Under the pieces are notes generated by a model. It worked only from the letters and a program-made list of their open reading frames with translations, was not told the origin of the DNA and made no database searches. A stretch of 64,000 nt of DNA from an uncultured Thermodesulfobacteriota bacterium. GTDB taxonomy: Bacteria > Desulfobacterota > Desulfarculia > JACQYL01. Location: positions 94,777-158,776 of the forward strand of contig CAZQXK010000001.1 in NCBI GenBank assembly GCA_964597345.1, in the 5' to 3' direction. The position numbers were made by a program, and so were the translations under genes. Positions 28,686-36,995 of this stretch are shown here, in pieces; the stretch's first letter is position 1, and every line of letters starts with the position of its first letter.

Positions 28686-28846
28686 CCCGTATTTCGGGCG
28701 GACTGATGGAAAGCGCTGAAATAGACGCCGAACCTCGGCGCGGCGAATCCTGAGGAATGAGGCGTAAGTACGCCACACCGCCATGACGAGAGGGGAAGTG
28801 TCACGCCGTTGGCGTCACCGCAGATCGCGCTTTTCAACAGCCTGCA
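28686..28846 (-). repeat. intergenic palindromic repeat, copy 7 (degenerate left arm)
   Basis: ...CGGCGAATCCTGAGGAATGAGGCGTAAGTACGCCACACCGCCATGACGAGAGGGGAAGTGTCACGCCGTTGGCGTCACCGCAGATCGCGCTTTTCAACAGCCTGC. Confidence 0.7.
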
Positions 28847-28939
28847 AAGGACTCCCGGGTCATGTACGGTAGGTCGCCGTCCTCGTGCGTTCTCTACCGA
28901 CGAACCCGGGATTGTCAAAGGAGAGGCAGGCTCGAAGAG

Positions 28940-29434
28940 TTACCGCTGTTCCTCCTGAAAGCGGGCAAGAATGCCGGCATAGCTTTCTTCGAGGTCCGTC
29001 ATGGCGCCGTCCATGGCGGTCTTTAAATCCGCCCACGTCATTTCGGAGGCCTCACGAAGCTGCGCCAGCCCGCCCTCTGCGGCTTCCTTCTTTTCCTGAA
29101 GTTGGCTCAACTGCTCCTCAAACTCCTGCCGGGTTTCCTCTTCCAGAGATTCGGAAAATTCCTTCAGATCGTTCGTCAGTTCGTTGAATTCGGCAAGGCG
29201 CTCCTCCATGCGCGCGAGCAGCATCCCTTTTTGTTCCTCCGTGTATTCGGAAACCGCTTCCATGGTTTCCTGAAGGTCTTCTTTCATCTCCTCTTCCGTT
29301 ACGGGAAGCTGGGGAGTTTCCGCTGGTGCAACCGTTACTTCGGGAGGTTTGGGTTCTTCCTGCTTACGTTCACAGGCCGTCCATACGGTTACCAGAAACG
29401 CGATCGCCAGAACATGGCACAGTACCCGAATCAT
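28940..29434 (-). CDS. acidic coiled-coil lipoprotein (hypothetical)
   Basis: Signal peptide with lipobox (LAIAFLVTVWTAC). AAGGAG ribosome-binding site. E/K/Q-rich helical remainder. Confidence 0.5.
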   Translation of the reverse strand: MIRVLCHVLAIAFLVTVWTACERKQEEPKPPEVTVAPAETPQLPVTEEEMKEDLQETMEAVSEYTEEQKGMLLARMEERLAEFNELTNDLKEFSESLEEETRQEFEEQLSQLQEKKEAAEGGLAQLREASEMTWADLKTAMDGAMTDLEESYAGILARFQEEQR

Positions 29435-29708
29435 TACGGAATCTCCTTTTCGGTCTAAATCCGATTAGGTAAGTGTGAAGAAAATGGTAAAACGACTTCC
29501 ATCCCTGAGCAAAGGGATGAACATCACTCATCGGGTTTGTAATGTAATCTGACGTACACTGTCAAGTACCCAAAAATTCACAGACGCGCCGCCTGCCATC
29601 ACCAAAAACTCGCAAAGGGGTCACGCAAACGGAACGGAACCTATCTATGGAGATGCGTGCATTGTTGATCTAGAAAGGGACTTTTACGGAATCGCGGGTT
29701 GGAAGAGG

Positions 29709-31058
29709 GTGTACGGCAGTCCAGTGGAGAAGCACGGAGAAGATTGTTGTATGCGTGGATTGGGAATTCCTGGAGGTTTCTCTGAATGGGTATATCGCCG
29801 GATTCCCGGGCAACTTGTCATCCAGCTTACGGACCGGTGTAACGGCGCCTGTCCCCAGTGTGGGATGCGTGTCGGCGGGAAATATCCGAGATGCACGCTG
29901 TCCGTGGATGAAGGGAAACGCATCCTGGATGAAGCTGCAAGGCGGGGAGTTCGGGTCGTTTCTTTTACAGGGGGAGAGCCTCTCCTGGTTCTTCGAGAAC
30001 TCATTTCCTTGATTCGCCATGCCGGGCGCTTGGGCATTCCGTACATCCGCACCGGCACCAACGGGTTCGTGTTCATGAATTCGGAGCATCCCGGGTTTGA
30101 AACCCGAATCCAACGTATCGGGGAAGCACTCGCCGATACTCCCCTGAGGAATTTCTGGATCAGTCTGGATTCTTCGGTTCCCGGGATCCATGAACAGATG
30201 AGGGGCTTTCCCGGAATTATCCGAGGGATGGAAAAGGCTCTGAAGATTTTCCACGACCATGGGATCTACCCTTCGGCCAACTTGGGTATAAACCGCAACA
30301 TGGCGGGTGAGAAAACGGCGTCGGTCGGAATACCATGGCGGCCGGAAGACGGCGAGAGGCCAAGACGTTTCTATGAGCGTTATCGGGAAGCGTTCCGCCG
30401 GTTTTACCGATTTGTCATCCAATTGGGGTTTACCATGGTGAGCAGCTGTTATCCCATGAGCATGGAAGAATACGATGAGGGTGAGAAAAGGCTTGCCGTC
30501 TATGCGGCCGCTTCCACCGATTCAATCGTACGGTACACTCGATGGGAGAAGGCGCTGCTGTTCAAGGCCCTGCTGGAAACGGCGCCGGAATACCGGCCCC
30601 ACATCCGGGTGTTCTCTCCCTTGAGTTCCCTGCATGCCTTGTACAGACAGTACGCATACGGGAGAGAGCCCTATCCCTGTCTTGGAGGAAAAGCGTTCTT
30701 CTTCATTTCGGCGCGAGACGGTGACACCTACCCCTGCGGCTTTCGAGGTTCGGATAATCTGGGCAAATTCCAGGATGTCCCCTGGGGCTCTCTTAAGGAT
30801 TCCCCGCGATGTTCCCGCTGCGATTGGGAGTGTTTTCGGGACCCGTCGGAATTTATGGGCCTCCCGCTGGAACTTCTGACCGATCCTCTTTCTTTGTTAA
30901 AAAACTGGGGACGGAGATCGGTGTGCTTTCGCCTTTGGATTCGTGACCTGATGTATAGTCGCGCCTGCGACTTCTTCAACGGCCGAAAAGCGCCGAATTT
31001 GGATCGAATGCGCCGATTTACAACGGCGAAAGAGGAAAACGAAAAAACGGATGGGTGA
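29709..31058 (+). CDS. radical SAM protein with C-terminal SPASM-like Cys-rich domain
   Basis: CNGACPQC radical SAM cluster motif followed by a SAM-binding GGEPLL. C-terminal cysteines (CLGGKAFFFISARDGDTYPCGF...CSRCDWEC) resemble a SPASM/twitch domain. True start may be the internal M at 29751. Confidence 0.65.
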   Translation: MYGSPVEKHGEDCCMRGLGIPGGFSEWVYRRIPGQLVIQLTDRCNGACPQCGMRVGGKYPRCTLSVDEGKRILDEAARRGVRVVSFTGGEPLLVLRELISLIRHAGRLGIPYIRTGTNGFVFMNSEHPGFETRIQRIGEALADTPLRNFWISLDSSVPGIHEQMRGFPGIIRGMEKALKIFHDHGIYPSANLGINRNMAGEKTASVGIPWRPEDGERPRRFYERYREAFRRFYRFVIQLGFTMVSSCYPMSMEEYDEGEKRLAVYAAASTDSIVRYTRWEKALLFKALLETAPEYRPHIRVFSPLSSLHALYRQYAYGREPYPCLGGKAFFFISARDGDTYPCGFRGSDNLGKFQDVPWGSLKDSPRCSRCDWECFRDPSEFMGLPLELLTDPLSLLKNWGRRSVCFRLWIRDLMYSRACDFFNGRKAPNLDRMRRFTTAKEENEKTDG

Positions 31059-31194
31059 TCGAGCGGTCCGCGGTTGAAATTCCCCAACACACGAACTCCG
31101 GCTTGCCGCTTTGAGAACCCCGTTGAACTCTCCGAGTACCTCATCCGCCTGTCCGTTGAATGGGACGGCCCCCCGAGGGAGTCTGCAGGGTTCG

Positions 31195-32496
31195 TTAAAG
31201 CAGACGGGCGCCCATCTCGGCCACCTTGGAACGTTCCCCTTTGACCAATGTCACGTGCCCGGCAAGGTCGCTTTCCTTGAACTTTTCGACCAGATAACAC
31301 AAACCGTTGCTGGAAGCGTCTAGATAAGGGTGATCGATCTGATCGGGGTCGCCGGTAAAGACAATCTTACTGCCATCTCCAACGCGAGTGACCAACGTCT
31401 TGATCATGTTGGGGGAAAGGTTCTGAGCCTCATCGCATAGAATGAATTGGCCGGGAATGCTCCGCCCGCGGATGTACGTCAACGCTTCCATCTCCACCAG
31501 ACCCCTTCTCATGAAATCGTCCAGAATGCCTAACGGTTCGTGGCATCCGTGAAACAGGTATTCCAAATTGTCGTAGATCGGCTGCATCCATGGCCGAAGT
31601 TTCTCTTCTTTGGACCCCGGCAAGTATCCGAGATCATTTCCCATAGGGATCACCGGCCGGGTGATCAACAAACGGGAGTAGACGCGTTTTTCCAGGACCT
31701 TTTCGAGACCTGCGGCCAAGGCGAACAGCGTCTTGCCGGTTCCCGCGGGGCCGACCAGGGTGACAATTTTGACGGAATCGTCCAAGAGCAGGTCCAGAGC
31801 AAACTTCTGTTCCTTGTTTCGAGGGCTGATACCCCAAGCGGAAGATCGTTCCGGAGACAACAAGAGAAGCCTCTGGTCGGCATATCGACCGAGGGCGGAC
31901 TGGGAGGGGTTTGTCATGTTTTTGAGCACTATGAACGTGTGTGGGTAGAGATGTGGCTCCGAGTTCCAGGGAATCTCGTGGTGTTCGAACAGGGCGTTCA
32001 TCCGTTCTCGATCCAGGAGGTGTTCGGTAACGCCCGCGTACAAACGGTCCGGGTCCACCTTGTCTGCACGGAAGTCCTCGGCCTGAATACCCAGAACGTC
32101 GGCTTTGATACGGAGGTTCAGGTCCTTTGTAACCACAATGATGGGGTGTGGATGTTCCTGCTTCAGATTACAGGCCACGGCCAGGATACGATTGTCGCTT
32201 TTTGAGGGATCAAGACCCTTTGGGAAAGAAACGACCTCCTGATGATTCAGTTCCACCCGCAGGAGGCCTCCTGAAGGAAGGCGGACGCCTTCGGAAAGCC
32301 GCCCTGAGGAACGCAGGTCGTCCAGGTGGCGGGATACCATTCGGGCGTGGCGTCCGATTTCATCCTGCTTCCTTTTGCAGTTATCGATTTCTTCGACAAC
32401 TGCAAAAGGAAGCACTATGAGGTTATCTGAAAAGGCAAACAGCGCACCGGGATTGTGAAGCAATACGTTGGTATCCAGAACATACGTTTTGGGCAT
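31195..32496 (-). CDS. PIN-domain + PhoH-like ATPase (YlaK family)
   Basis: N-terminal PIN (MPKTYVLDTNVLLHNP) and C-terminal PhoH Walker A (LVGPAGTGKTLFALAAG). Confidence 0.8.
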   Translation of the reverse strand: MPKTYVLDTNVLLHNPGALFAFSDNLIVLPFAVVEEIDNCKRKQDEIGRHARMVSRHLDDLRSSGRLSEGVRLPSGGLLRVELNHQEVVSFPKGLDPSKSDNRILAVACNLKQEHPHPIIVVTKDLNLRIKADVLGIQAEDFRADKVDPDRLYAGVTEHLLDRERMNALFEHHEIPWNSEPHLYPHTFIVLKNMTNPSQSALGRYADQRLLLLSPERSSAWGISPRNKEQKFALDLLLDDSVKIVTLVGPAGTGKTLFALAAGLEKVLEKRVYSRLLITRPVIPMGNDLGYLPGSKEEKLRPWMQPIYDNLEYLFHGCHEPLGILDDFMRRGLVEMEALTYIRGRSIPGQFILCDEAQNLSPNMIKTLVTRVGDGSKIVFTGDPDQIDHPYLDASSNGLCYLVEKFKESDLAGHVTLVKGERSKVAEMGARLL

Positions 32497-32531
32497 CTGG
32501 CGTGCTCTCCCTGTTCGGCGGAAAAGCGGAG

Positions 32532-34994
32532 TCACACGGCGGAGGAAAAGCCGTGCATGTCCTTGGCGTGCGGCGCCGTGTTTTCATAGTACATTTTCCA
32601 GGTTTCATTGAAGGCGTGTTCAAAGGAGCGGTCTTCCATATAGGCGCGGGCCATGCTTCCCATCCTGCGGAGCATGTCCGGATCACGAATCAGGGAATCT
32701 ATGGCTTCCCTCATGCTGCGGACGTCATGAGCGGAAACCACAAGACCCGTACGACGGGGGATCAGGTTTTCCTGGGGTCCTCCGAGATCCGTCACCACTA
32801 CGGGCAGACCCGAGGCTTGAGCTTCCAGCACGACATTTCCGAATGTATCCGTGCTGCTCGGGAAAACAAACAAATCGCAAGACGCATACAGTTTTGCCAA
32901 TGCTTCCCCCGCCAGGTATCCTGTAAAGCAATGAGGCGTACCCTCCAGTTTCTCCTGCAACAGGCTTTGATAGGGTCCTTCCCCGGCCAAAAGGAGAGAT
33001 ACGCGATTCCCGGAATCCAGGAGGCTTTTGAATACGGACACGAGCAAGTCCAGGTCCTTTTCCTTGGATATCCTCCCCACGTACAACAGTTTGAAGCTTT
33101 CCAGGTCCGTGTAGCGGCGGATGAATTGGTCATCCCGCTTGTCCGGGTGGAAACGAACGATATCGATACCCCGAGGGAACAGGCGTATCTTTTCGGGAGC
33201 GATGCCCTTGTCCGCGAGTTCCCGGCCGGTGCTTTGAGAAGGTACGTATATGGCATCCAGTTGGTCGTAGTACCAGATGACGTACTTCCACATGAGTTCT
33301 TCCAGAGAATGGTCACGCGTCAAGTACGCCGTGTATTGGGGAAGTGAGGTATGGTACGTGCCGCTGATGGGGAGCTTGAGGATCTTGGAGACGGCCAGTC
33401 CGGCCAGCCCGACCGGTCCCGGGGTCGCCGTACTGATATGGGTGAAACCCTGAACGTGACAGAATTGCAGGATATCCAGGAAAGGGGGACAGAACAGCTT
33501 CAGGAGGGGGTATTCGGGCAGATCGTACATTCCGATGGGCCTGAAATTGCGTACCCCCGGGGAGTCAAGAGATGGATCCGCGCTGCACGTGATTACGGTG
33601 AACTGTTTATGGGTTTTTCGCGCCAACGCGAGTTGCTGTTGAAGGGTCAGCGCGACTCCATTGACTTCGTAATAGGTGTCCGTGAAGTGCGCCACGTTCA
33701 TGGGCCGTATGTTTTCTCGTACAGGAGAAGAGTGCACCCCGAAACGTTCGGCCATGGTATGAGCCATCCGACGATCCCCGGCGAACAGGGAAAAGGACAC
33801 GAAGTACGGTGAAAGCAGCACGAATAAAGCACCGGCGGAGCTTGCGGACTGCAAGAGGTTAAGCAGGTTCCCTCCCGAGATCTGTCGGATCAGGTTCTCG
33901 CCGAAATGCAACAGCACGCGGTTCGATACCCTGTTCACGAATTCAAACCATGTCGATTCCGGCTCTTCTTGTTCCTGGTACCCCCAGCGGATGATACGGC
34001 GAAGCTCGGGGTCGTCTTGAATGAGCCTCTGGCCCTCCCGGCGCAACAGATGTTGAACACTGGAAGTATGGTGCGGTTCCTCGAAGTGTTTTCGAGGTTT
34101 CCAGAGCCCATAGATCTTGGACCATACGCCGCTGCGGCCCGGAGAATCTTCTTGAACCAGGAATCGGTCCAGAAACCGTAGAAACAGGTCTCTGTGCAGA
34201 TGTTTGGAGAGGTGAAATCGCTGCTTGTAGAATTGGTACGCAATGCTGTACAAATTATGGGACATTCGCAAGGGAGATGAAGGTTCTCCGTGGATTTGCG
34301 CAGTGCCTGATTGGACACCCAGGAGAAAGTCATTCAGGTCTCGAGCTCCGGGAACTTCCGTGTAGACGCGAGCCACATCCAGAGAACTGTGATCGTCGGA
34401 TCCTCCCACGAGATGTTTCATCCACGGTTCCGGAAATGCAGGCTCCAGACGATGCTTTTCGGCCAGTTTCTCGATGTGCGATGGTGTCAATGTACGAAGA
34501 ATGACATCCAGAACCTGGTTCAATAACGCCTCTCGCGCACCGTTGAGTTCAAAAGTCTTGAATAGAAGCAGGAAACGTTCAAAGTGATGAACGGTCAACC
34601 GTTCATTAATCGAGTAGAGAGGATGCGCAAGAGCGTGAACTATATTCTGAGATTGGAGATAAGTTACAAGATCTAAAATATTGTGGCGTAATTTTTGGAT
34701 CTCTGGCACGTGGTCTTCGCGGATGTCGTAGATAAGTACATGCGCTTTACATTGATCCTCGGGAAAGTATGTCGTGGTCTCCATGCTTAAGAAAGTGTCG
34801 GGCAAATGAGCGATTTCTAATGCCCCGGCTATGGTGTTGTGATCCGTTATGGTTAGCAGAGACATGCCTCTTTCCCTGGCGCGTTTCACAATACGCTTGG
34901 GTTCCGTGAAGCTTTCCGGGCAACCTAGTTTCTGAAGCACCCATGAGTTCGGCCTCTTGGAGAACTTGGAATGAACATGAAGATCCGCTTTCAT
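32532..34994 (-). CDS. fusion protein: N-terminal PHP-family phosphoesterase domain + C-terminal GT4 (group 1) glycosyltransferase
   Basis: MKADLHVHSKFS...ITDHNTIAG...HPLY are PHP metal-binding motifs. C-terminal retaining GT4 signature (EGFGNVVLEAQASGLPVVVTDLGG). 820 aa. Confidence 0.75.
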   Translation of the reverse strand: MKADLHVHSKFSKRPNSWVLQKLGCPESFTEPKRIVKRARERGMSLLTITDHNTIAGALEIAHLPDTFLSMETTTYFPEDQCKAHVLIYDIREDHVPEIQKLRHNILDLVTYLQSQNIVHALAHPLYSINERLTVHHFERFLLLFKTFELNGAREALLNQVLDVILRTLTPSHIEKLAEKHRLEPAFPEPWMKHLVGGSDDHSSLDVARVYTEVPGARDLNDFLLGVQSGTAQIHGEPSSPLRMSHNLYSIAYQFYKQRFHLSKHLHRDLFLRFLDRFLVQEDSPGRSGVWSKIYGLWKPRKHFEEPHHTSSVQHLLRREGQRLIQDDPELRRIIRWGYQEQEEPESTWFEFVNRVSNRVLLHFGENLIRQISGGNLLNLLQSASSAGALFVLLSPYFVSFSLFAGDRRMAHTMAERFGVHSSPVRENIRPMNVAHFTDTYYEVNGVALTLQQQLALARKTHKQFTVITCSADPSLDSPGVRNFRPIGMYDLPEYPLLKLFCPPFLDILQFCHVQGFTHISTATPGPVGLAGLAVSKILKLPISGTYHTSLPQYTAYLTRDHSLEELMWKYVIWYYDQLDAIYVPSQSTGRELADKGIAPEKIRLFPRGIDIVRFHPDKRDDQFIRRYTDLESFKLLYVGRISKEKDLDLLVSVFKSLLDSGNRVSLLLAGEGPYQSLLQEKLEGTPHCFTGYLAGEALAKLYASCDLFVFPSSTDTFGNVVLEAQASGLPVVVTDLGGPQENLIPRRTGLVVSAHDVRSMREAIDSLIRDPDMLRRMGSMARAYMEDRSFEHAFNETWKMYYENTAPHAKDMHGFSSAV

Positions 34995-35330
34995 GATATA
35001 GCTCCTGTGATTGAATAGCCTTGATACGAATGATTTGGATTTGTCCGGGGAAGGCTGCAGATTCCGGCCGGGAATTTCTGTTCAGTGGTCAGAGGATTGG
35101 ATTCTATAGAGTTATTGTATTTATGGATAATTAATAAGTAGTTTAGGTGACATAAATTATGTAGAAGTATAAGATTAGTTGTCTTAGAATAAGTGTAATA
35201 GAAATATATATGTGCTGTAGCGCTATTGATGTGCTTTGTCGGTATTATTAGCAACATATAGGAATTATAAGTCCACATAAATGGATAAAAGGTGTCTGCT
35301 TGAAACTATTGACCGGCTATATGCTATGAA
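34995..35330. promoter_or_regulatory. about 335-bp strongly AT-rich divergent intergenic region (likely promoter/curved DNA) upstream of the PHP-GT4 gene, preceding a further about 300-nt GC-normal leader before the CysS-like gene
   Basis: Local GC about 30% against about 62% genome background. Runs of A/T tracts (TATTTATGGATAATTAATAAGTAGTTTAGG...). Confidence 0.4.
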
Positions 35331-35626
35331 TGTATCATTCGGCGTATTCATGTTGCCCTATCGATAGGCAAAACCCTGCGTATATTCGGACGAATCGTTT
35401 GACGAAAGTATTTCGATTTTCAGAAATCATGGTAACGAACCGATTTCGTTTCGCCGGCCTTCCGGTACGCCTTAATCCCCGGAACTTCCGGCGGGGCCTC
35501 GACCGTGAACGGGTGGAGGGACGCGGACTTGACAGCGAAAGAAGGCCGGAACATAAAGGAAAGACTCGGACCGGCGAACGGTTTGGCCACGATCGGTGAC
35601 GGCGGATCGGGAAGGAGGCGGAATTC

Positions 35627-36889
35627 GTGGAGAAGCGTTCAGAAAGACCATTCAACCTGCATCTTACCAATACCATGAGTCGCAAGAAAGAGCCGTTTCG
35701 TCCCCGGCAGGACGTGGTGAAGATGTTCACCTGCGGGCCGTCCGTGTATCGGAAACCGCATGTGGGCAACTATCGTACCTTCCTGTTTGAGGACGTTCTT
35801 CAGAGATACCTGGAATACCTTGGGTTTCGCGTGGATCGGGTGATCAATTTCACGGATGTGGAGGATAAATCCCTGGCGGAGGCCATGACGCAGGGGATTG
35901 CCCTGAGAAACGTGACTCACCCTATGGAAAGGGAATTTTTCGAGGACTCCAAAAGGCTTTCCATCAAATTGCCCGAAGTGATTCCTCGCGCCTCCGACTG
36001 CGTCGAAGAGGCGGTGGAACTCATTCAAAGACTACTGAAGGAGGGGAATGCCTATTGGTATGGACCGGACGTCTTTTTCGATCCCCTAACCTTTCCCGGA
36101 TTCGGCAAACTGTTCCGGCTGGATATGAGCCGATGGCCCAAGGAAAAACGGCGCTACCGAAAAGATACGTATCCGGGAGAGCGTTGGAACCTGGGCGATT
36201 TTATCTTGTGGCACGGCTACAGGGAGGAATCCCCGGTCTATTGGGAAACCGATATCGGCAGAGGCCGGCCCGCATGGAACATCCAGGACCCGGCCATCAT
36301 AGCCAAACACCTGGGATATGAGGTCGACATTTGTTGCGGAGGCGCGGACAATCTGTACCGTCACCATGATTACACCATAGCGGTTATGGAAAGCCTTTCG
36401 AAAAAGGATCTGGCCCGGTATTGGCTGCACGGGCAGCACCTCCTGGTGGATGGGACGAAAATGTCCAAGAGCAAAGGGAACATCGTATACCTGGAGGAGC
36501 TGATCCGGCAGGGGATAACCCCCGCGCAGGCGCGCTTTTTCTTGATTTACGGTCATTATGGAAAACGGATGAGCCTCACTATGCCCGATGTCCGGAATGC
36601 GGCCGGTCGGTTGGATGCCTTCCAGGAGAGACTGCGTGTTTTACTGGGAGATGTGAAATCGACGTCGGCGCCCCGGGAGCCTTCGGCCAGAGAGGAAGAG
36701 CTTCTGCGAGCGTTCGAAGAATCCATGAACGACGACTTGAACGTGGAGAACGCCTTTGACGCCGTGGATCATCGCGTGTGCAGGCTCCTTTCCCTCAAGG
36801 AGTCCGGAGAGTTGGACGGGCGTGATTCGGCCTCCATCCGTCGTGCCTTGGCCCGAATCAATTCCGTGCTGCAGGTGTTGTCTTTATAG
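35627..36889 (+). CDS. cysteinyl-tRNA-synthetase paralogue (class I, KMSKS present, HIGH degenerated to HVGN, C-terminal anticodon-binding extension absent): MshC-like cysteine ligase candidate
   Basis: Aligns with E. coli CysS along the catalytic domain (LHLTNTMSRKKEPFRP / LKIFNTLTRQKEEFKP; CGPSVYRKPHVGNYRTF / CGITVYDLCHIGHGRTF; KMSKSKGN). Only about 138 aa after KMSKS (420 aa total against 461). WNIQDPA replaces WHIECSA, which carries the Zn-ligand Cys in E. coli. AGGAGG ribosome-binding site before the GTG start. Confidence 0.7.
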   Translation: MEKRSERPFNLHLTNTMSRKKEPFRPRQDVVKMFTCGPSVYRKPHVGNYRTFLFEDVLQRYLEYLGFRVDRVINFTDVEDKSLAEAMTQGIALRNVTHPMEREFFEDSKRLSIKLPEVIPRASDCVEEAVELIQRLLKEGNAYWYGPDVFFDPLTFPGFGKLFRLDMSRWPKEKRRYRKDTYPGERWNLGDFILWHGYREESPVYWETDIGRGRPAWNIQDPAIIAKHLGYEVDICCGGADNLYRHHDYTIAVMESLSKKDLARYWLHGQHLLVDGTKMSKSKGNIVYLEELIRQGITPAQARFFLIYGHYGKRMSLTMPDVRNAAGRLDAFQERLRVLLGDVKSTSAPREPSAREEELLRAFEESMNDDLNVENAFDAVDHRVCRLLSLKESGELDGRDSASIRRALARINSVLQVLSL

Positions 36890-36995
36890 GCGCTCTGCCC
36901 CTTCGGGAATCGGTCCGCTTTCTCCGGGCGCACGGTTTTCGAAACGCTTCATGCCCGCCGGATTCGGGCGCCCGCTTGAGCAGTGAGGATCCTTC

